Positions 13,761 to 26,990 of a stretch of 64,000 nucleotides of DNA are shown one piece after another (the stretch's first letter is position 1; every line of letters starts with the position of its first letter). The stretch is from Lepidodermella squamata (taxonomy: Eukaryota; Animalia; Gastrotricha). Where the stretch lies: positions 3,844,001 through 3,908,000 of the forward strand of contig JBLDXI010000017.1 in assembly GCA_047495785.1 (NCBI GenBank), given 5' to 3'. The notes under the pieces are model-generated. The model saw only the letters and a list, made by a program, of their open reading frames with translations. It did no database searches and was not told the origin of the DNA. The position numbers were made by a program, and so were the translations under genes.

Positions 13761-15582
13761 ACTAATAGTCCGACGTTTTGATGTAAAACGCAGTAAAAAT
13801 TCGTTCAACTTGTACGCAAATCCGGCTTATGATCGGCCGACTGTAGGCTAAGTTCTAAGTTATTGTAATTAAGAACGCTAGTCAGTGTGAGGAGTGAAAA
13901 GCTTCAAAATTCCAGAAAAAATTACCATCGCAGAAAGAGGCATGCATCGTAGAATACTGAATTTGAACGTCGCTATGCGATTGAATTAAGTTGATAAGTT
14001 CCCTTTCATTATCTCATCTTTTTGTTTATTTTTGCCAGTGGAACACGGTTTATGCAGCGCTGCTCGTGCCCTATATGCTTGTCGATCACCGAAACCGTTG
14101 ATGCATTCGCTTCTCTTCGCGCGGTCATCGTTTGCGATCTGCTGCGGCGCCTTGATGCAGTCGTTCAGTTGTTTTACGGGCGGGCATTGGTATAATCTGC
14201 CGAGTGGAACGGAATCGTAAACTGGCGAGAATGCCGAGATTACTTAACGAGACTCGACTACACTGACCAATCTGACAAATGAGCCGAACAGGACAACCGT
14301 AACAGGATGATCTGTCGCATGGAAACCCAATTTCAACTTACTGTGGTCGTCCTTCTATATTTCATCAACTATCAGCAAGTGAAGGAAATATCGGGCAAAA
14401 TTGTTATTAAGCAGCCATCAGCTCGCTTCAACTAAGCTGCAGCCTAACACGTGTTCTGAAGATTTGTGCAAGTCGAAATAACGTGCTGAATTTGTTTGGC
14501 TGCTGCGCCTAAAACCCTGGATGCAATACCTCATTTGATCGCATGAACGCATCGTTGAACGGCTGAAATTTCTTGGTTGCGAAGAACCCGATGAATGAAA
14601 AGTTAAAATGCAACGCTAAAAAGCCGCTAATATTCGGATTCATTTAATCGCGATTCACCATCGGCATACTTCCAAGTGCTATTTTCGCAAAAAACTGGGC
14701 GAAATTCAAGCTGTTTCAGCCAAAAGGCTGATTGGCATGAATCAGTGCCGTCACGGTAGATGGTTTTGGGCTCTATGTTCACTCCAAGCGATCCATCACG
14801 AATCAAACTGGCGCATCGTACATTTTATTTTGCTGATTCTTGGAAACTAATCAATCCACTGGAATCCAATCGCCAGTCATTCGCCTAATTTATACGTTGA
14901 AGGCGCAGTCGCTCTGCCAGCCGTACGTCGGATCAACAACACGTTTTTTACGTTTTTCGTTCTTGTTTCACCATGCCCTGATTTGCTTGGTCATGTGCTT
15001 ATCTGCATATCTGACTATGAGCTTCTCTTATTCTCCTAATGCGGCAATTAATTGGAGGTTGCGTCTACAATTAGATTGATTTTCTGCCTATACCAAAAGC
15101 TTATTTCGTCAGGTGCTGAATCTTACCATCGTGTGGCTCTCGATGAAGTTCATGCTTAAGAATTGCTAGACCGAAATTTCAGGCGGCCGAAGATCGATGA
15201 AGCAGTGTTGATGGGCGCCAATTTATATCCTCTAACCGTCGTTGGGGTCAGCGTTGGCTACAACACGAACTCTAACCAGTAAATGTCTGCTGTTTGTAGC
15301 AGCGTCAAGCTTACCTACTATGAGTGCTAATGACGCCGCGGCTCTTAGCACCGAACAGACTTGCCGAACCCCACCTGGCGCAGAACTTCGTTATAATACG
15401 GTGAGCCATCAACATATACTTAATAATGAATCGCAATGCATTGATCTTCGCTTTGATTCCATAACAAACTTCTCTATTTAGTTTTTTAACTACCTCTTGA
15501 ATTCATGGCCATTGTCTATTGTCCCGGCAAATGCTAAATTTCGATTTATTTCTCAGATTAATTAATTAATTTATTTATTTAT

Positions 15583-17142
15583 TCTCGAACGAAAATTGAG
15601 AGCATTAATTGGGTCAAAAATTTCTAAACTGCAATTTGGTTTTCAACCCCTCAAGGGCACCAGAGACTGCATTTACGTTCTCCGACAAATTATTGAGAAA
15701 ATTATATTCTTTAAGAAGGAACTCCACCTAGTCTTCATCGATCTCGAAAAAGCCTATGATCTGGTGGACAGGGAAAAAGTATGGGCCGCCCTCCAAAATA
15801 TGGGTGTAGAACCCAGCTTAATTGAAGCTATTCAAAGTTTATATAAAGTAAATAAAGTTGCTGTTAGAGTCGATTCTGAGCTCTCAGATTTCTTCTATGT
15901 TACCAGGGGACTAAGACAGGGTTGCCCGTTGTCTCCTTTGCTATTCATAGCGACCTTCAACAAAATTTGCGAAAAAATATCTGCTGAAAAATTAGGCTTT
16001 CCTATTAGCGAGACCGCAAACAGCGAGACCGCTATGAGCGAGACTGATTTCCTAAATTTACTAGCGTTTGCTGACGACGGAACACTTTTAGGCATGAACC
16101 ACGACGAAATTTCACGACTACTTCACATTTTCGATTTGGCTTGCACCGAATTGGGTCTGAAAATTAACGCGGCAAAAACTCAATTTATGATTATTTCTAG
16201 AGACGAGTCAGCCACTCAAAATTACGAATTGGAATTGAACGGGAAAAAACTCGAAAAAGTGACCAAATTTAAATATTTAGGGAGCATTATTACCAGTGAC
16301 GGCAAAATCGATGAGGAACTAAACTACAGAATTTCTAAGGCAGGCAGTGTTTTCGGCGCCATGAATAAATTCATGTGCAACAAAAGTCAGGTTTCCATAG
16401 CTACAAAACTTAAGGTACTGACATGTGTTATAATACCTACCATCATTTACGCCTGCGAATCGTGGAACATATCGATAGCCCAAGAAAATAGACTAAACAC
16501 TAGAGAATATCGATGGCTTCGATCTATAGTAGGTGTCCACCTAATGGACTATATTCCAAATATAGACATTCGACTTGCGTTATGCGGAGGTCTCATTGAA
16601 GTGAGCCGCATTGTTGAAAAACAAAGGCTAAGGTATCTAGGGCACATAATTAGGTCACGTGACTATGACGTAGAAGGACTAATACACAAAATATATATTT
16701 GGACGCCTCCGCTTGGGTGGTTTGCACCCAGAGGTAGACCTCGAACCAGATGGATCAACGGAGTGCATAGAAGCCTAATTAAAGTAGGTCTTACTAAGGA
16801 AATTCGCCGGAAAAAGAAAACCAATAAGAACAATAAGGTCAAGGATAAGAAAAATAAAGCCACTAAGAAACGAGAAAATAGAAAAAATCCCGGCGAAAAG
16901 GATTTTGAGATCAAAATTATTCCCGATGTCCAACTAGCGGAATCGGTTTCTTTTGAAAAAGATGAATGGCGCATGGTTGTTAACTCGATTGAAAATTACG
17001 AATTCTATACAAAAAGCAGAATCCTCGACTGTGGGGGTGGGTGAGGATCATTCTTCGCCTGCCTTCGCCCTCTTCAAAACCGGAAACGGTACACGACGCT
17101 CAGTCCCGAAGAGGATAAATAAAAACATTATTATTATTATTA
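15583..17142 (+). mobile_element. 5'-truncated RTE-clade non-LTR retrotransposon with (ATT)n tail
   Basis: RT ORF, short 3' UTR, (ATT)n tail at about 17127-17145; candidate target-site duplication TTATTTATTTAT at 15571-15582 and 17143-17154. Confidence 0.88.
15596..17044 (+). CDS. Reverse transcriptase, RTE-like, N-terminally truncated, uninterrupted 482 aa
   Basis: QFGF, FIDLEKAYD, GLRQGCPLSPLLF, FADD, FKYLGS, YACESW, LRYLGHI and RGRPRTRW motifs. Confidence 0.92.
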   Translation: MRALIGSKISKLQFGFQPLKGTRDCIYVLRQIIEKIIFFKKELHLVFIDLEKAYDLVDREKVWAALQNMGVEPSLIEAIQSLYKVNKVAVRVDSELSDFFYVTRGLRQGCPLSPLLFIATFNKICEKISAEKLGFPISETANSETAMSETDFLNLLAFADDGTLLGMNHDEISRLLHIFDLACTELGLKINAAKTQFMIISRDESATQNYELELNGKKLEKVTKFKYLGSIITSDGKIDEELNYRISKAGSVFGAMNKFMCNKSQVSIATKLKVLTCVIIPTIIYACESWNISIAQENRLNTREYRWLRSIVGVHLMDYIPNIDIRLALCGGLIEVSRIVEKQRLRYLGHIIRSRDYDVEGLIHKIYIWTPPLGWFAPRGRPRTRWINGVHRSLIKVGLTKEIRRKKKTNKNNKVKDKKNKATKKRENRKNPGEKDFEIKIIPDVQLAESVSFEKDEWRMVVNSIENYEFYTKSRILDCGGG

Positions 17143-17154
17143 TTATTTATTTAT

Positions 17155-17815
17155 CGAGCATAATCCCAATGTTGAGAGCTCTACGTGGAAAAAGGTGCAT
17201 GTAAAAAACAATCGTGCAGAGAGGCGTTGTCAGATCAGGCAGTGTCGAGAAGTCAAAACAATAGTAAAATAGTTAAAATCAACAATTAAGTAGATGGTTA
17301 TATACAAGTTGGCGACAGTCATTAGCGGTATAGCAGGCTTTTACGCCGCATTCGCAGTTCGACAGGGTACCATCGTACTCAGGTATTTCAATCGTTTTGT
17401 GTTGGCGGCAGTGAAAGTAAACAGGTAAAGAGTTAAAAAGCACTGGTCCTCGATAGCTGAGGCGGGCTAGACCGTAATCAATTCGGGCTTTAGGCACTTC
17501 GAAGGTAAGTCGAGAGCTTCGTAATTGCCGAGCAGGCTGTTTTTTCGTGAACAAGTGGGTAATTGCGTCTGGGGCTTCTCCGGTGACGCATCTGAACATC
17601 ATTGTTGCCAGATGAACGTCGCGCTTTCCTTGAAGATCTAACCATCCGAGTTGTTTTCGCAATGGCGCAGCTGCGGCGTCTCGTGGCGCGTTCATGATGA
17701 TTCTCACGGCTCGATCTTGAAGCTTTTGCATTCGTTCCAGTGAGGTTTTACACGCTTCGCCAAGTACTGAGTCGCAGTATTGTAGATGGGAGAACACGAG
17801 TCCATTTGCCATAGC
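17155..17815 (-). mobile_element. 3' fragment of an L2/CR1-group LINE (C-terminal ORF2 plus 3' UTR)
   Basis: SHLQYCDSV..LQDRAVRII..LGWLDL..MMFRC..LFNSLP motifs in ORF 17279-17812; (TAAA)n-like tail at its left end. Confidence 0.8.
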
Positions 17816-20800
17816 CTTGAGGCATGAGCGATTAAAACCATTTTTTGAGGCGAGTTGTAGAGTTGTAGTAATGGAAACTATGTTGAGCTCGAATGCGACA
17901 GATTCTCACTGTTATCGATACTGCCTTCGCCAATCAAGAATTGAGATGGTGCCAAGCCATTGCTGTCTTTGTTTAATTTGCGCCCACCGTGGGACCTTGC
18001 CGCTTGTCATGCTTTTGGCTGAATAGCCAGTGTTTTCAAGTGATTGATCGGCCTGTCGCGCAACGGCATGCTGGTAACCAAGGCGTTTTGGCTGTTGGAT
18101 GGAAAGCTGCGTTTTCTCATTACCGAAACTTTTCTCAACAAATGCAGGGCGTAAAGCATGAAGAATGCTGCTTTGAGCGTGTAATTTAATCTTTCATCAA
18201 GTTGCACGAAGTTGGAGCCGTTTTGCTCACATCGTCGGCGTCATCAATTCTTTTCCATTACCCAGCTCTTCACTGTTTTGATATGCGAGTTCGGTTCTCG
18301 TAGTTGAGGGGATACTATCTGGATGCTTACTTGCCCGGCATAAGCCGTCATCGCAGCAAAACGCCGCGAATAGCAATGCTCTAGCTGACTTCGAATCGAA
18401 CTCTTTCGTATCCTTGACGCTTTTTCACTGCTTCAACAAACCTGGACATCTTCGATTCAAAGAACTGTCACATCTTCAGATTCTCCTTTCCTCGTCGTTA
18501 TTATGCCCATGTTGTCGGTTTCCTACATCTTTCTACCTGTAAGTTTCTTTATTATTGTATTCATTTACTATAGCTTTATAGTGACAATCAAAAGAACTGC
18601 GCAATTTTTTCACTGTAGTGCGCTCGTGTGAGATGACGCTTTACTTTCGTTTAGAAACTTGCCAGAGTGATGCGTTCATTGGCTCTAAAAATCTTGAGAC
18701 TAATACACTATGGACTCGACACGTGATTATGCATATAAGAAAACGAGGCAATCAGCACTCATTATATCCAAAAAAGTTACCCTAGACTGTGTATTATCTG
18801 TGCGCGGAACTCCTCCTCTGCAACACCTGTAATTCCCAAACATTTTCGTAACAGTGAATTTCAGGATTTTACTTATCGTCTGATATACATTTCGATAAAA
18901 ATTACTGCTCCAAAAATTTTATTTGAACTCGTGAAATGACAACATGTTAGACAAAGTTACGTTGTTGCAAGACTTGTGTTTCGGAAAAGAGCCGGCCATT
19001 CCATTCGATTTAAGCGGGAAGCAACGCATATCCACCTACTGCTTCTTACCACGCAGTTGCTGTGAAGGCTTAGACGAGTAAGACGATGAACTTAAACTGC
19101 CAGTCGAGTTGTAAAGCCGCATTCGCAGCGGCAACGCGTCGATCGCTTTGTGGTCTCGGTTGTAACGGACGGTATGCGACGAAAACAACATTCGAGTGTA
19201 CTGCGAGACACCTCGAACTCGTTTTTCATCGAAATGCGGCAGGTACCATTTGATCGTCAAAATTGTCGTCGAGAATATGACCCGCGTTTTCAGGGTGGCT
19301 AATTGCGTCAAAATGCTCTTGACATCATGGAAATGCGGATGACAAGACCGCCGCGGCTGCACTGGGCGACTCACTCGTCTCACTCGATGTTAGCTGAGTC
19401 CGTGCTTAGTCCAAGGCGGCGCGTGATGAAGCCAGCCTTATACGACTATTAGGACAGGGGATTACTGCCAAGGTCGGCTAAGAGACCCACTTTTACATTT
19501 TGCAGCCTTGATTTTTGCGAGCGTTTCCTTATTATTTATTTATTTATTTAGCGAGTCTGAATCCAATGAGGAAGCTCGAGCAAAGTTGAAGGAAAAATGG
19601 GCACATCACAATCGTCCGTTCAGATTCTCGTCATATTAGTTCAGTTCCATTTCAATGTCCCGTGGTCTATTTGTTACTGAATTCGAAGGGCGCGCTCGTC
19701 AGTAAGATCTAGTAAGTGGCTTGCCGGCAAGCATGAGCAGTTGTGCGGTTTGAGCCTCTTGTGGCAGAAGGTTAAATAGAACCGCGCTACCGTTAGGATG
19801 CATAGGTCCGGTGTAAATGGGAAACCACTCTTCAACATGCTGTGAAATTTTAATTTTTTGAACTGTTACTCATGATTTGGCATTTGCATCTAAATATTAA
19901 AGAACCTTATGTTCACTAGAGAAACATTACGATTTCCCAATTTGCCTATATAGAATGAAGCTTCTAGTTTCGTTCGAAGCCAAGCTGGGAATTTGAATTA
20001 GTTCAAGCGCGTGCGCGAAATTTTTAATTTCAACTCCTGTAACTCCTAACCGTGCACACATGAATCAATTGTATCTGATGCTTGTATTTTCTGGCTTCCC
20101 GAGGTTTTGATCAATGAATTTACCTTCGATATATTTTTCAGGAGAAAATTGGCGGCGAAGAGGACAAACTCCCGAACGAGCAAAATTTAGCTGCATCGAT
20201 GGCAGCCTGTCCACACCAATTCGGCTCACCAATCGGCAGACACTAGTGCTGCACCTATCACCTCGGGTACTATTGAACCACCCGTCAGTTACGTTCGCAA
20301 CAAGGATGTGATTGAGCCCTTTATCAATACCAATTTGAAACAAGCTCTGACTGCTGCTGCTGACTCATCCCGATCCGCCAACTGCTGCTGGCGCCGTTTC
20401 AATACCAACATGGGCCGCTGCCGAGTGCATTCGTCAAACTGGCTTGAGCGGCGGCACAGCAAACCTCCAGCAACAGTCTGGATCTTTCGCCGCTGCCGAT
20501 GTCATAAGCTAGTGGCCCCTAATTTTCGAATTGGACGCAGAAGGTCTGGGCAAGCTCGTGAGCAAACCTGTCATGTAGAATGTCAATATTTTCTTGACGA
20601 AATTCTCTAGTTGTTTGGTGAGAATCGACTAGTCTGTTGATGACATGGTTTTAAAATTTCTGTTTTTAGTTGAATTCAGATTTGTTACTTCTGGTAGAGA
20701 GCAGTCAGTTGATTTTTCCTAAAGCTGCATCGCTGATCTCGAGTGTCATCGCAGCGGACAAACTCGTTGTTTCGTGAGCGCAAATTTCAAGTAATTGATG

Positions 20801-23800
20801 ATTTCAACTGCCAGCAACGCTGGGTGGTGAAAAGCGCCAGGCGTCTCGGCGCCACTTGGAATCACTGCTTTGAACGGCATCATGATCTTCGTTGATTGCT
20901 CTTCGGCGAGATCTTGAGCGCATCGTTCGGCTGCCATCCTAGCAGCGAGTTCCTAACGAGACGTCGAAGCAGCAACCCGTCGAATCCGCGTACCTGCGCT
21001 CATTTACTTCGAAAGTTTTCGAGAAACTTTATCGTTGGCAACGGTATCTAGTTAAATCGGTTGGAAGATAGCATGAATGGATCGATTATTCAGCAGCTGA
21101 AAGCCGATGCGTCTGCAAAAGCTGCCAGCCAATCAGTTGTCTGTTTTTGAATTTGGCTGTTTTAAAATCGCCGCTAATACACGGTTGATTTGCGGAAAGT
21201 GTGCGAGGTTAGTAAAATTATTTCAATAATAGGTATTTTTTTATTATGATGATCGAATAGCATGCTTGACTCCTGATTGATTCATTAGCTCTATCTGAAC
21301 TTCATTTTTATTGGAATCTGGTTTTATTTTTCATTTGACTACAGAATTTATAATGTCGAGTGTTGATTTTAGGTAATCTGGCGGACGATACTCGGTGTCG
21401 GAAGAGATCGGAATCGCTGCCTAGACTGCCAATCCGCTGTCTTTTACATCCGTTGATCAATGCTCGAAGATTTCAATAGCCATCCGGTGTTACGGCTTTT
21501 GGCTCCTGTGACCCGCGCATAATCACTTGGCCTCTGAAGCCGCATTGTTCTTCATTGTACCTCACATCAGTCAGAACAGATCTGACTGATGAACTACCGC
21601 CATTCATAGCGCCATATTCTAAACTCTGTGCCGATCTATGCGAGAAAATGAGCTAATTCGAACGAGCAACACCAGCCTGGTGGTAATCTTGACTCTGGTG
21701 TCGTCGACTCTCGCCAGGTACGGCTGGTGGTGCCAAATGTGCCCACTTAGTCACTGGGCCGGTTGCATCTGGCTGACCAGCCATCGACGGAATACGCTCC
21801 AAACGACTGTTAACTGGCACTCTGCGACGTGTTGGGCGTAGTTAGCCGATTGTCAATATCGCCGGCTAACCCCCAGATGGTTCTAATCGAAGATGACAGC
21901 GATGATGAAGAAGACGGGGAGGCGAAGCAAGAACATGGCGATCACCAAGATGGCTGACGTTGGCGACAAAGCAGGTTGTAAAGGCGAGGCGATAGCAATC
22001 ATCAGAACGTCGAACAGCAACTGACCGCATGAAATTTAGCGTGGGTGTGTTCGAAAGTAATATGCGGCGACGATCAGGAGTCTAAATGCTACTTGAGCCA
22101 TCAGCGATGAGGCCGATGATGAGGTCCATGGCTTCTCTCAGGTGAGATTCCGCTCGCGTCCGGTGATTTGGAATACATCGTAACGCGAGGGCGGCGTTAT
22201 ATCGCCATTGATGTGGACAGCGAGGTCAAAACGGCCGGCGCTTGATGCGACTCGTTTTCGGCTACCTTGCACTATAGCCAATCACACAGCAGCGCGATGG
22301 GGCTTATCCTATGCTACCGCTTCTGACGCTGGCGCACTTTCGAATGCATCCACATCGGCTGCTGGGGCCAGAGTCGCCTTTCCGCCGACCTGCCGTTGCG
22401 ACCAGGCCGTCGATGTCTAAGGTAATCACCGATCAACCTCGTGTTGCCTTTCAGCTGCTAGGCAGTGTTTTCGCTTCGACCGGTCCAGGTCAGTCGTCGT
22501 CGTCGTCGGCGCCGTTCAACCTTGGCGTCCGCCCTCGCCCGATTTTGCCGCTCTGAGTGCCATGATGGCTGCCCAAGGCAGCGAGCTGCGGCCCGCGAGC
22601 ACTTCAGCTCCCGTCTGCCGTTGAAGGTGGACACCCGAAGGTTTGGCACCCATGAGTAGCACGGTGCAGGCCAACCCACAGCGCTTGGACCCATGGCGTC
22701 GTCAAGGTAGAACCCTTCCTAAAGTCTCCTAGGTTCTCGCAACAATGCCGACTTGGTGCACGCTGTCGTTGGCGGCGGGCGAGGCGTCGAGGTCGTCATT
22801 GCCCAGCCACTCGATGTCAATCTCGTTTGATAGGATTCAAAATTTGAAAAGGCAAAGATCCTCGACCCTGCACGTGGGCGGCGCATTTTGCTGCTGTTCC
22901 TTCGCGACTAGGTTCAGACAGCGGCGGCAAGACTGTGTGGCGATTCGTGCATGAGAACGGCTATTCTACAAGGCGAAGGCAATTTTCGTAAGCTCGGCGC
23001 GGGCATACGATAGGCTCTGATGTCGATACAGCACAAATGATGGCTTGTCAGAGATCAAAGGTGAACTCGAACGAGACGAGTTGTTCTTAGCCCCCAACTT
23101 GCACCCCACGAGGTTCACCCATAGATCACCTCGGCGTTAGACACGACCTTGACAGCCATCACGTCGAAGGCGGCAGCATCTTCGGCGACATCGAACGACA
23201 CCTTGTCGTATGCGCCCTCATCCGAATTGTCATGTGACCGCATAGCGGGTGAGTCATCGGTCGCAATTCGCTGTTCCTCGATGTTCATCACATTACAGCG
23301 GGTCGATGCTTCGCAGCCCAGTAAGAGAAGTGATCATCGGAGGTGAGGCACGACAACAGCTGAACGATGCTGGGAAGACGAGCCGAGTTGCGAGTTGCAC
23401 GCTCAGGTGGGCGATAACGACAAGCTTAACAACGCTACCGACGGCGTTGACGCCTCGGACAGCAACCTGGCTCGACGTGCGGTGTCAAGCGGGGCATAAT
23501 CACATTGAATCGATCTGAGAAATGCTATCAGTTGACGGCTGTGTAACCGCCGTTTCGCGGGTTGTTTCCCGGACGATGGCGACGAGCGTTTGATCGCTGT
23601 GGTCAACGCGGAAAGGAATAGCAATTTCTCGCGAAACAGTGTCAAGAAATGCCTCAATGGCATGAAATTAAATTAGCGCGCAGATAGCGAGGCGACGGTG
23701 AGCCCGCGCATAATTCCGACAATAATCGGCGCGTGTCTCTCCAAATGGGGCGCCCAGATATGTAGCCGCATCTACCACACTGCGAAGACGCTTGGCAAAG

Positions 23801-26047
23801 TGGTATGCATGAACGAGAACGTTCTGGAATTGACTGCGTAGAGCTTGAAAGGCAGGGTCTGGATGGTTTCAGCATCTGAGAGCACAAGAGACCAGGCTGC
23901 AAACCGAAAACGGCCGCTATGTGCATCAGCTTTTCGCGCTGGACATCACACTGGCGCATCATGGCGCTGAGGCGCTGTGGATCCAACAATGGAAAGGCAG
24001 GAAGTCGAACCGCTGAGCTTCATACAGTTGGGCCCCTGGATGAAAGATCCTTCATGAATGTCCTTTTGGCGGATAAGGTGGCACTGGTTTACCGGATTAA
24101 TACGGCCGATTCAGAGGTGCTGGTGGTGCATGTTGTTGCGGTTGCGTGATGAACTGTGGGCTGATTACAGCCGAACAGAGTGTGTGGTACGGGGGCCGCG
24201 CCCTACAGGCACGGAACCGAGGCGGGCTGTGGCCGGGCATCAACTTCAATTGGAGTGATGTACTGTTGAGCAGTAAGTTGCTGAACCGGTTGTTGTTGAG
24301 CGGCTGGACGACTGGCGAAATCTGCGCTCCTGGAAGTGCGTGGCGCCGGGCCCCAGCCACGAAATCCTACATAGCTTCATCGACTGGAGCGGGCGCGGAA
24401 TTACGAACACGAGCCCGCGCGCCACCTCGACCAGTGACAGACCTACCGGCTCGTCTGGTCTGTGCAGCAGCGCGAGCAGGCGGAACAAGAGCGAGAACCG
24501 GCTCCGACTCGTTTAACCGAGCGTAGCAAGTGGCAGGCTCCTTGGGAGCAGCCGCGGTCTTCTGCACAGGGCGCTTCTCAAGTTGAGACATGAGCTGTAT
24601 AATGAGAAGTGCAAAGGAGATCACGGATCGATTCAAGAAGGCCGGTGCGTCAACCGACGTCTTCGCAAAGTTCGCGTTTGCCGTTCGGCTTCGATCAACC
24701 AAATCGTCCATCATGGACGTGCTGGTGTGCATTTTTTCGAGCTTGATATGCCCGATGAGTTGCTCCGACCGGTACACGAATATCGACAGCGCCTGGCTGC
24801 GTGCCTTTTCAGCCCGGGGCAACTCGGTACTCGAACGGGCCCATCGGACCAGCGCCGAGATTCGCCGTTGTTGCTGAAACCGGCCGCTTGGGACATCAGT
24901 GTATCAGATGATGCGCGGCTAGCAAACGGCTGCGCATGGTGCCACCGGCATGCGTCTCAGCACGAGGCCGTGTTCGAAACGGCGTGGAATTCATGGCCGG
25001 TTCTCGCGCGGTATTGCTGGACCTGTCAATGGCAGTAGTGTTACCCTTTAGACTGAGATCCGCTCGAAACGCCGCTGCCACATCAACAACGCAGGTGCAA
25101 AGCAGCGCTCTTTCGTCCCCGGCGACTACGCCGGCGTCGAGCGCATTGACCTAGTTCGCTCTAAACTCGACAACGGGCCTTACATCGTCATTGGTACTTC
25201 AAGGCCAAGACCGTTTACGGCGTCGCCGACCCTGCCAATCAGTCGCGCGTCGAAAATGTCAATAAACGGCGCCTGGTGCGCTTTCGCCTTCGCCTCCAGC
25301 AACGCCGAACCAGCAGCACAAACACGTGTTTGCCCTAATAGCGGTGGTAAAATGGGTGACAGCCACGATGCCCATTTCGACTACTGCTGGTCCTACTTTT
25401 TCATGTAAGTCTTGTATGTGCCCATATCGACATTTTATTCACTTCTACGATATCTGCAGAATCCTGCGTGGCGAAAGGTTTTGGAATAAACCCGGCGCTT
25501 CGTAAAACCCGCCTCGTTCCTAATCGTCACCGCTAAATTGGGCGATTTGATTCGTTAACTGTCTTATTGCGAACGTGCCATCGACCTTGAAACGCGGTGA
25601 GAGGACACACGATTGTTGTATGGTAACCACATCCCTGGCATGGTTTAGCAGCTGGCAGCCGTCTTTACTCACCGTTGTGTTGGGTATGTGAAACAGAAGT
25701 GCTCGGTCGGTAGCAACAAGCTCAGCATCATCAGTGCTGGTATGCTCAACGTTGGAATTGAAGAAGATGTACCCAATCCACATCGCGCCTAGCCGGTCTG
25801 GACACCCGGCCTTCGGTTAGAACTAACCCTCCTTTTGTAGTCGAACAGATGGCGGCAGTTGCCGCGGCGCCGGCCGTTGAATCTAACCAGGCGGTCGAAA
25901 CATTGTTAAATTGTACGATCGGCCCCGCTGTGTTGTTGAAATGCAGACAACGAAGAAGCTCGGAATCGCCTAGGAACATCGATTCGGGCCGGCCGGATTC
26001 AAATTTCGAACAGCCAGGGATGAAGGTCAGCGGTGCGCAATCCTCAT

Positions 26048-26486
26048 CGCGACGTCTGCGTATAGCAATCTATTCAAAACTAGAACCCTGATGAAAGTAC
26101 AGATTAATCTCGGGCTCGTCAGGCTAGTGCTACGATTCCCACACCCAGCAGTACAGCCGGCTTTGTTTTTTTTCTTCAATTTTACCTATTATTACGGCGC
26201 TATCAGTCACTTTCGTTCAGTTGCATTCTTGTTTTCATGTTGTGTTATTTGTTGCGCGACGTCTGCGTATAGGAATTGTACCTCTTCAATCTTCAAGACA
26301 CGAACCCTGATGAAAGTACAGATTAATCTCGGGCTCGTCATGCCAGTGCTACGATTCCCTCACTCAACTGTACGGCCGCGCCGCTTTGTTTTTTCTTCAA
26401 TTTTACCCATTGTTACGTCGCTATCAGTCACATTCGATCAATTGCATTCTTATTTTCTATTTTCAGTCTGTGATATTTGTTGCGCA
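26048..26486. repeat. Diverged tandem duplication, units of about 210-230 bp
   Basis: cgcgacgtctgcgtatag...gaaccctgatgaaagtacagattaatctcgggctcgtca starts at 26048 and again at 26255. Confidence 0.85.
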
Positions 26487-26824
26487 CGTAAATTCAGGCG
26501 GCTTGATCGGCCAGAATTCACTTCTTTCTTTGTTTATTCGTTTTAGCCTTCTTTCTGCTCCTATGCCGCCTGCGTTTGTCGCAAGCACACATTTTACTTC
26601 CCTTTCTAGCATCGTCTTGCTAGAAAGATAGTCTTGTAGTTGCTTCTGCTCTCATGTCGTGTTTTTGTAAACAATTAGGTAATTCGAAATGTTGAGCGGT
26701 AGTTCGAAAATTCGAATGGCTGCCCAAAAGACAAGGACGAGCTGTTGCAACTCGTTGATCTGGTGAATTTTCACCAGCACGTATTCGCTGTGTCCGCAGT
26801 AACCAACCTGCAATGATTGCAATA

Positions 26825-26990
26825 GGGGGCAAAGTCCGCATCGTTCAGTCGCACTGAACGCAGTCTGACCCGCAATCGCAGCCAAGTTTTATTACGCGCA
26901 ACCGACGTCTGCGTTATTTTATTGCTTTCCCCCATCTGCTTTTTCATGAATGAAAGTAACGTGCTGTTACTACAACAATTTATTGCCGGG
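26825..26990. repeat. Degenerate copy of the hairpin-centred repeat at 28563
   Basis: caaagtcc..cgttcagtcgcactgaacgcagt..gaccc..cgcagccaa.tttttattacgcgca is shared with 28560-28700. Confidence 0.7.
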
